Below, in pieces: positions 54,521 through 64,000 of a stretch of DNA of 64,000 nucleotides (within the stretch, counting starts at the first letter, position 1; each line of letters opens with the position of its first letter). This DNA comes from Bilabrum cf. latius (taxonomy: Eukaryota), in contig OZ237744.1 in NCBI GenBank assembly GCA_965178125.1, positions 744,001-808,000 on the forward strand, in the 5' to 3' direction. Under the pieces are notes generated by a model. It saw nothing but the letters and a program-made list of their open reading frames with translations. It was not told where the DNA came from and ran no database searches. The position numbers and the translations under genes were made by a program.

Positions 54521-54572
54521 ATGTTTGACGCATTTAGTGTGCTGTCATGTTTGACGCGTTTAGTGTGCTGTC
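54521..54572. repeat. Tandem 26-bp duplication in a convergent intergenic region
   Basis: ATGTTTGACGCATTTAGTGTGCTGTC then ATGTTTGACGCGTTTAGTGTGCTGTC (1 mismatch). Confidence 0.9.
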
Positions 54573-54665
54573 ACAGGATACGGGTATGGAATATTGTGCT
54601 AACCCTACAACATCCTGATCACTAATGCACCGCCGCGCAGGAAGGCGGGTACACGCTAGTCGTCC

Positions 54666-56510
54666 TCATCCTTGTGCTCGAGAGCCCACATCACGCACAG
54701 ATGCTGGCTCGTTGGCCAGCTTGACCAAGTCCGTGAAGGGGTCCGGAGCACAAAAGGTGAGCGGCCGGCACGGAAGGCATGCAATGACCGTCTCGGCGTG
54801 CACCTTGGGGTCCAGCTTGAGGTGCTCGCACACCCGCAATGCCGCCTCTCGGTCCTCGCTACCAGCAGCAGGGGCGGGGGCAGGGGCAGCAGCGGGTCCG
54901 CGGTCGACTGACCTGAGATCTGGCATGGCGTCAGCGTCCACCGCAGTGGAGGCACGAGCGCTGCTTGTTCCAGCACCGGCTGCTGCAGCTCCGCTGCCAC
55001 TTTCTGATTCCGATTGCACCCTGCGGCGCTTTGGGGCCGCCGCGCTCTCCGCCGAAGCACCGTTGCTTGCTGCAGACACATCGCTGGCAACCGGATCAGT
55101 GCTAGCCCCGGACGTGCCACCGACGTTTGCGAAAGGACGAGAGCTGCTGATGACCTCGCTGCTTCGTTTCGAACCTACCAAGCCGTCTTGCTCCGCCATG
55201 GCGTTGGTGGCTGCAAGCACTATCTTCCGGAAGGTCTTGCGCCGCAGCGCCCGAACGTCCCCGCAGGGAAGGTGCAGCACATACGCGTGCAGAGCCATGC
55301 GTGGGGAGCTGCCCGTCGCGCCGTACACCCCATCCCCGCATATCGGCATGCCCATTGCAGCCATGTGGACCCGGAGCTGGTGCCTCCTGCCGCTCCTAGG
55401 GAACAAGAGCACGCGGCCCACCGCCCGGCCCCTCATCCGTCCCGTGTGTGTCAGCACGCCTAGCGTTTGCGCAGGTCTGCCCTCCCGACCGGGGGCGCTG
55501 TTGCCCCAGCACATGCGAAAATCGTCTGGAGCCACGCTTGCCACCGGCAGCTGAATGTGGAAGCAGCATGGAGGGGAGGGAGGGGCACCTGCTTGCGGGG
55601 AGCCCGGGTCATCGCCACTCGCTGCAACCGCTGATGGTGCCGAGATAGCTGCCACTGCCGATGGCGGCACGGCAGACGACCTTGCATGGGCCGATCGGTA
55701 CCACTTGGTGAAGTCCGATGGCACCCAAGTCTCGCAACCTCCCGCCGCTGGTGCCTGGCTGCTCGCGGCCGAGCCCGGGGAGCACTCCTGCAATGGCGCT
55801 TCTTCGCTAGAGATCGCCATGGACAACGATGGAAGAACGGGCGAGCTTCGTTCTTTTCTAGAGTCGCTGGCGGCACTGGTGCTACTGGCGGCGGCTGGCT
55901 TGATGCTGGTCGCCTCAGCAACGTGCTCACTGCGTAGCAGGGTCCCGATCTCGTCTGGCCAGTCGGCTCGAAGCTGGGAAACGATGGTGTCAAAGGGTAG
56001 AATGCTTACTGAAGCTGGTTGAAGCAAGTGCTCACGGCCCAAGCGTGCGGCTGCTTCCAAGCTAGCGCTACTTGATGCTATGCTGCTTGGCTTGGAAACG
56101 GTATCAGGGCGCACTGCTGCCATCTTCTACCCTTGCTCTAGAGTTTCTCGCCCATACACTGCAGGTAGTGAAGATTCTCTCAAGCTGGGGTAGAACTTGC
56201 CGCTGTCCGGCAGCTCTACTAGTGCGACATATGCCTTCTTTGACAATCGTTCCTGAAACAAGCTCGTAAGGACGGCTGCCGACTGTTTTTGCGTCGCAGT
56301 CACCAGAACTCCAGATGTAGCATAGTCTAGCTGATGTACAGTCTTGATTGCTGCATCGGTCAAGCCGTGCTTGGTCTTCAGCCTCGAGGATACCGTATCT
56401 TCGAACTCTCCGCCCATTCGAAGGAATGCTGGCTTCGACACAGCCAAGAGCTTAGGGTCGCGATATAGCAATGGCATATCACCTGGCTTTATTTCATCAG
56501 ATTCGACCAT
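54666..56510 (-). CDS. RluA/RPUSD-family RNA pseudouridine synthase (~614 aa, long Ala/Ser inserts)
   Basis: LLAVSKPA, catalytic VHQLDYATSGVL, KAYVALV, SGRRHQLRVHMAAMGMPICGDGVYG, RMALHA. TAG at 56127 lies between the N- and C-terminal motifs; ends TGA. Confidence 0.9.
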
Positions 56511-56630
56511 CGGCAGCGAGCTGGCAAATGGGAAATGCTGTTGTTGCTGTGGTGCGAAGCACACTCCGAATCCGTGTCTTAATGATATCTATACAGCACA
56601 CAGCACACACATGCAACAAGTAAAGCCATC

Positions 56631-59395
56631 TCAAAGCATGGCTGGCGCCCCAGAGTGCACCACCGAGCTGGGTGCGCCAGCGCCCTGCGACTGCGAGGGC
56701 ATGGGCACGGCTCCGATGGTGGCTCCGTATGGGGTGGGGTTGAGCCTCTGCTGCTCACTGTTGCCCCCGCTGCTGACCGCAGATGAATGCGCCTGCATCT
56801 CGATCATGCCCCCCGAGGAGGCACCCCCCACCTGGGAGTACCCCTGGGCACTTGGGCTCCCTGCGAACAGGCGCTGGTACCACGTCGCGCGGTGTGCGTC
56901 CGCTGCGGAAGTGTCGCGCTGCACAGCTGCTGCTGCTGTGCCGTCGCTGGGTCGAGCGGAGCCGCTTCCACCGCTGCTTCCAGCGCTACTGGGCGGGGCA
57001 GGGGGCGCGGGCGGTGCTTGTGCCGCTGGCTGCACCTGCACCTGCCCCTGCTCCTGCTGCTGGGGTTGTGCCCCCGGTGCGGGGGTCTTCATGATGTCGT
57101 GCTCTGCCAGCGACCGCCCCACGTGCGCTGCCACCGAGTGCAGAGCCAGGCCCAGCCCGTTGATGATGAAAACGACCATGATGCCGAAGTAGGGCAGCCC
57201 GGCCCTGCACATCTGCTCCATGTTGTCGAGCTTCTCAGCGCGCTCCTCCGGCGACATCGGGTGGCTCCAATCCTCCTCATCCTCGTCTTCGTCCTCGTCT
57301 CCGTGGTGGGGGCTCCAGTGGTGCCAGTTGTGCTCGTCTTCCTCCCTTTGCTGTTGATGCCTCTCGCTCTCGTCCATGTGGCCGCCTTCGGAACCTTCGC
57401 CTGCGCCAGCATCCGCACTGCCAGGCATGCCGGCGCCGTGCTGCGCCACCTGCCGCTCCTCCACCTCGGCATACTCGGGACCATCCTGTGGTCCCGCCTG
57501 CAGGGCCCTGCCGCCCATGGCCGCCTTGCGGAAAGAGGCAGGGGCCTGCCCCGCCCCGTCTTTGGAGCCGAAGCCACGCATGCGGCCGAGGCGAGTCATG
57601 GCGGCCTTGCGACCATCGTGACCCGGGATGACGTGGTGCGGGTCATGTGGCCGGTGGATCTCCGCCACATGCTCGCGATTCTCGTCGGCTGTGTCTGCTT
57701 CGGGCTGGCCGTCCAGCTGGAAGGGCAGCGTGGTCACCGGCTCGGTCACAGGCTCGGTCGGCATGTGCATGGGCTCGCCAAAGTCAGCCACGGGGGCCTC
57801 CCCATGCTCCCCACCGTGCACGTGGTGGTCGAAGGCCACCCACACGGCCCGGATGGCACCCTTCACTGCCCTCACGAACTTGTGCCCGCGGTGCGAGTCG
57901 TCCTCGCCCTCGCCCTCGCCCCTCTTGTGCTCATGCACGTGCTCGTGGTGCTCCTGCGCCCGACGGCGGTGTCCTCCCAGGCGGTGGTGGGGATGGTGCG
58001 GGTGGTGCGGATGCGGATGCGGATGCATGCGATGCCCGTGTGGGTGCGGGTGTGGGTGCGGCGCGCCCATGCCGACCATGGCCAGCAGACGGCCGATGCG
58101 AGACATGCGGCGGCTGGCCTCAGGGTGTGGGTGAGGCTGGGGGTGGGGGTGCATGGCACCGGGAGCAGAATCTCCCCTGGGTGCTCCAGGCTCGGGCACT
58201 CCCTACCCTTCGTCCTCCGGGAAGGCCAGGACAGGGCCCTGGGTGTCGTGCTCGAAATGGTCCAGCGGCTGCGGGCCGTACTCGTACTCCGCACCCGAGG
58301 TCATGTTGGCGGCCTCCTCGAATCCGTCGATCATGTTAACGAGGCACTCCTCGTGGCACGCACACTCGGCGATCGGGATCCCAATGAGCAGAACGCCCAC
58401 CATGGTGATGGCTGCCACGACGGCGCAGCAAATGTTGAGGCAGTTGAACCAGCCCAGGTGCTTGGAGCTGTGGTTGTTCACGGCCTTGTAGCCCTGCGAG
58501 AGGCAAAGAAAGAGAAGTAAAGGAGAAATGTACAGTGTGATTCACAGGAATGGCAATGTAGAGATGAGATGGTGGAGCGACAGCTCTGTGCCACGTAGTG
58601 ATCGCCAAGCCAACAGGTCAACACTCAAGCAGAGGGCCTGCACCCTAGCACGCGCCACCAGCTGTTTTGCTGCCGTAAGACAGACTCGTTGCGTCAAGAT
58701 ATGCCCCAGGGCAGCGCAGACAGTTCACAGGTGTTGTTAATCAGGCTAACTCATGCAGGCAGCGACACTCCATGACCTCCGCGCATCTCCCGGACACATC
58801 TCCGGACGCAGCTCGTCGGTCAACCGCCGATCCGTTGCGCTGTATGCAGTCTTTACGATCGCCACGCAATCTTAACCAGCAGCCAAAAGGATATAAGTTA
58901 TGCTAAATAATCACAAACGCGAAAGTCGAGCCTCAAAGCCCCGCGAATATCAGCAGAGCGCCTGACGGAAAAACTCGAAACGCCGCACGAGCCCTCTCGG
59001 TCGCCCATGGCGCGACTCCTACAGCGCCATCAGCCGACTATATCAGCATAACACATACTTATTATCATTTAATAAAGCATAGGGGCGCAGTTGCTGCCGC
59101 ATCTTGAGTCAACGTGCTTGAATGCGCCTCCAGCAGTCAGAAAGAAACCGGTCTCGGTTGCATTGCGCCGCGATGCCCAACTTAGACCGCACTGCTACGA
59201 CATAAGCCACCTCACCATGCACGGGACGATAAATGCCAGCAAAGCGGTGATGAAGCTGCCTCCACCGCTGCCCAGGTGGAAGAAGAGTCCGAGCCCGCAG
59301 GCCGCACACAGCAAGCACGACAACGTTCGAATCCAGCCCTTTAACCTCTCCCCGTGGGCAGCATCCTTGCGCCAATCGTAAGTAACTTGCTGCAT
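56631..59395 (-). CDS. Four-TM membrane protein with a very large His/Pro-rich loop (~680 aa; exons 59395-59216, 58493-56631)
   Basis: Exon 1 has two hydrophobic helices ending FIVPCM; intron GTGAGG...polypyrimidine CTCGCAG; exon 2 continues GYKAVNN..LGWFNCLNICCAVVAAITMVGVLLIGI, a His-rich loop, then YFGIMVVFIINGLGLAL. TAG at 58203; ends TGA. Confidence 0.7.
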
Positions 59396-59526
59396 ATGTA
59401 AGTTAAGCTGGGAACAGTAAGCACCAACAGTGGGTGGCACCTAAAAATGGAGGATGTGTTGCTGCAACTTCCTGGCAAAGTCTCGCTCGTATATACACGC
59501 AACGTTCAATAAATCAGATTGCAACG

Positions 59527-60723
59527 ATGCCAACTGCAATCACATTCAACATGCTTTCCCTCGCCATTGGAGCGCTTCTTGCGGTCAAAGCTGCTGCCAC
59601 GGACGGTCCATATGGAAGTATTATTGATCTGGCGCGCATCCAAGCAGCGGCTACGATAAAGTAGATTCCGTTGGCCGATGAATACCCAAACACTGGGGAC
59701 TGCAAAGCCCCGTCAAACTCTTCGTGCACCTGGACCACCGACCATGCGGGTAGCTGGACGTGCGGATTCTATCCGAGCCTTCTGTGGAAGCTTGCGAACG
59801 AATCCCGCTTCGAAGGTGACGAGCAAGGCTTCCAGAAGTGGAGCGCGGAGGCTCTCCGCCGGACGATGCCCATTTCTAGCCAGCAGCACAACACCGGTAC
59901 ACATGACGTTGGCTTTATGGCGTACTATACTTTTGGCCATGGGTATGAGCTTACTGCAAACGAGAGCTTGAAAGAGATTGCTATCACTACTGCGCACAGC
60001 TTGGCGACGAGGTTCTCACCGGTCGTTGGCTGCATCCGTTCGTGGAACGGACCTCACTTCAGGGTCATTATTGACAACATGATGAATCTCGAGCTGCTGT
60101 TCTGGGCGGCGAGCGCGAGCAACAACGAGACCCTCCGCGCGATGGCAGTGTCCCACGCCACTCGCATGGCCACGTGCGGCATGATCCGCGAGGACGGCTG
60201 CTCTTATCACCTCGTTGACTTCAACGAAACTTCAGGTGCGGTGATTTCGCGGTCCTCCTTGCCCCAGGGGTACAGCAGCGACAGCATCTGGTCGAGGGGA
60301 CAGGCCTGGGCCGTGTACGGCTACGTGATCGCATACCGGTACACCGGAGACCCCGTGTTCCTCAGGATGGCGGAGCAAGCCGCCTCCTGTTTCCTCAACC
60401 AGCTCAAGTCCTGCTGCAGCGACAACGTCCCGCTGTTCGACTTCGCGTACCCAGGGCGACAGAGGGACACGTCAGCCGGAGCCATCGTCGCCTCTGGCCT
60501 GGTAGAGCTGGCGTGGCAGACGGGAAACCCAAGCTACCGGGCAGCAGCAAAGGACATCTTGGACGGGTTGACGAGCCCTGCATACCTAGGAGTGGCTGGC
60601 CAGACCGACACGATGCTGCTGCACAGCGTGGGCGCTTGGCCCGATGGGGAGTGGGACTTGCCCGAGTCATACGCTGACTACTACTTGCTCGAGGCTGTGA
60701 TCAAGTACAGGAGGAGCCAGTGA
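59527..60723 (+). CDS. Secreted glycoside hydrolase family 88 (unsaturated glucuronyl hydrolase-like, ~398 aa)
   Basis: Signal-peptide-like MPTAITFNMLSLAIGALLAVKAAA; WTCGFYP..LW, THDVGF, IRSWN, VIIDNMMNLELLFWA, WSRGQAWAVYG, RDTSAGAI, YADYYLLEA. TAG 59662 separates the signal peptide from the catalytic domain; ends TGA. Confidence 0.9.
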
Positions 60724-60927
60724 AAGAGAAAGGTGTGAGGTGCGTGGTTTGAAGCGCCCGTTAGTCCGACTCGGGTGATTGTGTCGCTGCGCGCAACGAA
60801 CGGGCTAGCTTCGAGACACTGGATGTCTGTTGCTGGATGGGGCGAACTGCATCGCAGGCTGCAAATCAACATTCGAGTGCGACATGTATGCGGTTACGGG
60901 TATCAATCAGGCAATCCCACGTCATGA

Positions 60928-61722
60928 TCACTGCTTTGTTCGCCTCTTTGGCAGCGAGCCCTGCTGTCCACCGTTGCTGCTGCTCTCCGACCCCCCACCG
61001 GCACCCGGCCCCCCGACTCCAGAACCCACACCGCCCATGGGTCCCAGTGGCTTCGTAACAGACGCGCCAGTGAATAACTTTCCTTCGCTAATGGGCTCCT
61101 TGACGTCGTAGTGCTTCTTCTTGGTTATGCTAAACGGCACGTAGCCGTACTTGACCATGTGCTGCACCCTGGTCTTGCAGGAAAACGCAAGCAAGACCAA
61201 GAAGTACAGTACTAAAATGGGCCAAAAGACTGGAATGTCAAAGGCGGGAATAAGTGTGAGCCCCATCCCAACTAGCACGGCCCTGCAAGCAAAGAACCAG
61301 AACGAAAACTCATCTAGCTTCCGCAAGAACACCGATGCCCCACCCAACTTCTCATCCGAACTGACTGGTAATATTGGTCCGCCGGTCGTAGGATCCTCTT
61401 TTGGGGAAGTGAAGTATATAGCAAGCTATACAAAGTAAATGGCCACTCCGTATGTCACCAGGAAGAATCTCTGGAGCAGGTAGATCCTAAGGCCAAACAG
61501 CGACGCAAACAGGACGAATCCTAGCCATCGATAGAGCACGTGGGGGGTCGATGCATTCAGCAATGTCTAAAATGTCCTGCGATTCGGAGATGAGATGCGT
61601 TCAACCGTCATGTGACTTGCCTGTGTCGCAGACGCGCAAACTGCTGATAGCATCGTCCATACAGGCACTAATCTGACTTACCGATAACTTCGCATGACGA
61701 TCGGGGGCATTTCAAGCGGCAT
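60928..61722 (-). CDS. RER1: RER1 ER-retrieval receptor (~229 aa; exons 61722-61682, 61576-60928)
   Basis: YRTF(TAG)TLLNASTPHVLYRW, FFLVTYGVAIYFV(TAG)LAIYFTSP, FLRKLDEFSFW, FDIPVFWPILVLYF, HMVKYGYVPF. Intron 61577-61681 (GTAAGT..CGCAG); ends TGA. ATG 61710 is an alternative start. Confidence 0.92.
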
Positions 61723-61849
61723 AGCAGGGAAAAGTGCCGAAGCAGTTCACGCCTATTCGGAGCCGTTCGACGCGAAAGTGAACACTACAACCGATTCGCT
61801 GCTTGGGTGCGTGTCCGGGCCCACACGATCCACTTTCGGTCTCGTTGGC

Positions 61850-64000
61850 ATGCCAAAAACCAAGGCAGGAAAAGATTTTGTTCGTCGCAAGCGGAAGGTG
61901 GGAAAAAAGCTCAAGCCAGTGAACGCAACCGACACAACATTCCAGTTTAAGTCGGTGCAACTGCGAGCGCAAGATGCGCTTGAGGACCAAGCAGTAGATC
62001 TCAAAGCACGACTTGCCGCATCGGGAAGGGAGGATAGGGGGTCTATCAAGCAATCAGGCGGCAGAGGTGCCGCTTCTTCGTTGCCAGCGAAGAGAAAACG
62101 ACCGAGGCAGGATTCCGGTTAGGATGCAGTTGCAGTTGTGCCTCCAAAGCAACCTCCGCTTACGGTCTAGCAGGCCGAGCTCGTGCTTCAGAGATTAACT
62201 GCGCTTTCTAAACATCACAATGCAAGCAGCCGATGCGAGGCGTTGTTGAGTTTGAGACGTCTGGTGCATTGGAGAGGTGCAGCCCTAGTTTCGATCAGGT
62301 TGCGCAGCCTCGTCGGGGTTACGATGCCTCGTCTCGTCGATGAAGACCCAGGGCCGAGGTATGCCGCCATACTGCTCATAGAAAGCATTATAGAGGCTGC
62401 GTAGAAGGCAGGGCCGGCCATTTTGGAGAGCGGGATGTCCCACATCGTGGCTTCGCTGTGCAGCGCCCTGGCCTATCTCTCCACCGACGTGCGCCTTGAC
62501 GCCCTCGCCGCCCTCTTCCTGTGCCTCAAGGCTGCCCCTCGCGCGTTCAGCCCTCCGGAGCACGCCGAGCGGCTGCTTCGCGGCGTCATAGACCTCATTC
62601 CGAGCACTCGTCACTCGGCTGCGGAGGCCAGGTCATTCTTCGGGCTCTTTGCGCCCGACGCTGTCTGCGTGGGTGCGATCGCTGCAGGAGTTGCAATGGC
62701 GGCGAAAGGCAAGGGCGTCCGCCCAGGGGACCGCAGCAGCCTGGCTGCAGTTCCTGCGGGAGACGAGGTGACCCACCAGGGACTCATAGCGGAGGGTACC
62801 TAGACAGGGGGCGTGGGAGGCGCTTCCTCAGCAGGCGGAGCTTCCGCCCGGAAGAAGGCCCGCACGACCGTGGATCACCGCGCCAGCGCCAACTTGAAGG
62901 TACGGAGCAGCGCGGCACAGGCCCGCAGCTGGGAGCTCCTCCATTCCACGGTTGACCTGGACGCCGTGCTGGCGTCGGCGGAGGCAGCTTCTGTGGGCGC
63001 GCACGCGCAAGACCACGGGGGGCAGACCGCCAGGGACAGTGTCCCTGCCCGCGTCATCATGACCCCCGAGGATGCCCGCATCGCTGCTTGCCTGGTGCTC
63101 GACGAGCTGCTCGCGGTGACCAAGCCGGGCCAGGGGCGGGGCGCCGACGGGGACTGGTCGAGTAGTCACCACCACTACCGCGCCTCCTCCTCCGTGTCGG
63201 CCTCGGTGGGGGGTGGGGCTGCTGCGAGCAGGGAGGCAGGGCCGCCGGCCCACCTTCTGCTTCCGACGCTGCCGTCCGCAGCAGAGGCTTCCAAGTCTAG
63301 GGCCTCCCGGGGCACCTCGTCCACCATGCCTGCTGGGGCCACCACGGGAGTGCACGCCGAATCTGCTGCCACGGTGTTCACAGAGGATTTGGCCGCGGTC
63401 GAGACCGCCCACCTGGTAGGATGGGGCATGCAGCAGGGCACGGACGACTCGACGTCCAGCAGGTGGCTGACTCCATCGTTTGCTGCGGAGGCCGTCCGCG
63501 GGCTCGGCAGCGTCTGGGAGGAGTCCACGGACAGCATCGCGAGGGCGGGCACGACAACACAGCCTTGGCACGTCAAACGGCTCGTGCTCATCGCCGGGCT
63601 CATGCACAAGGTGGCCAGCGCCTCTGCGGCCGAGACGGTCGCGATGCGCGCACTGCGGCGTGGTGGAGGGCGTGGCTCTGGTCCTGGCAGCCGAGTCACC
63701 GGCCAGGCGGGACTGAGCGCCAGTGACCTCGTGGCAGGATGCGTGGCTGGCCGGGTGGGACAGGCGGTTCTGAGTCCGCTGCTGCGCATGGTTCAGACCG
63801 CGAGGCAGGTGGAGCAGGCCCGTGCCGAGAGCGAGAGCAAAGGCGCCTCTGCCCAGACGGTGTCGGCGAAGCAGATCACGGACTCCTGGCGGAGACTGGA
63901 GGGGCTTGGTGTGCACCTGGGCGCGCTGCTGCTAGCGAAGCAAGACAGGGCGTGGAAGAGCTGGCCGAGGCACTACCAGAGCGCCAGTCACACCGTGATT
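61850..64000 (+). CDS. IPI1/TEX10-like Rix1-complex pre-rRNA processing protein; 3' end runs off the window
   Basis: MPK..KDFVRRKRKVGKKLKPVNATDTTFQFKSVQL, HHNASSRCEAL, LVDEDPGPR, LCSALAYLSTDVRLDAL. TAG at 62120, 62168, 62402, 62801. Confidence 0.85.

Noticed and set aside
56787-58520. Long antisense ORFs (577 aa here; also 233-1435 +, 4831-6336 -, 62828-63916 -)
   Set aside because: These are shadow ORFs of GC-rich genes on the opposite strand, with no recognisable motifs.
3725-60927. Suppressor tRNA-Gln(CUA), other RNA genes, CRISPR arrays or transposons
   Set aside because: By eye I saw no cloverleaf, spaced repeat array, terminal repeats or transposase/RT motifs in the short non-coding gaps; a tRNAscan/Rfam run is still needed.
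1-64000. Ciliate-type UAR=Gln code, or pyrrolysine/selenocysteine recoding
   Set aside because: No in-frame TAA was found, and TAA ends two genes (3722, at a natural domain end, and 50708). TAG sites are numerous, often in linkers, and match Gln rather than special catalytic sites.

Overview
Compact, GC-rich eukaryotic (protist-like) nuclear DNA with 14 tightly packed protein genes and a few short GT-AG introns. The genes only make sense if UAG is read as a sense codon, almost certainly Gln, while UAA and UGA stay stops. All 14 genes contain in-frame TAG (well over 130 by hand count). Several fall at positions where Gln is conserved (NEK HRDLKS*NVFL, RER1 F*TLLNASTPH, a VPS13 repeat, and inside a CAG run). 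No in-frame TAA or TGA was found, and all 12 visible gene ends are TGA (10) or TAA (2). Under this code the fragmented ORF track resolves into: a GTPBP1/2-like GTPase, a double Aha1-N protein, a NEK1-like kinase, a FAM228-like protein, a DIS3-like RNase, a giant ~11,700-aa VPS13-family gene (one ~34.8-kb exon, with PH, C2 and PDZ-like inserts), a small membrane protein, MRG15/Eaf3, a SIN1/CRIM-like protein, an RluA-type pseudouridine synthase, a His-rich 4-TM protein, a secreted GH88 hydrolase, RER1 and IPI1/TEX10. All family calls come from motifs recognised by eye, not database searches.
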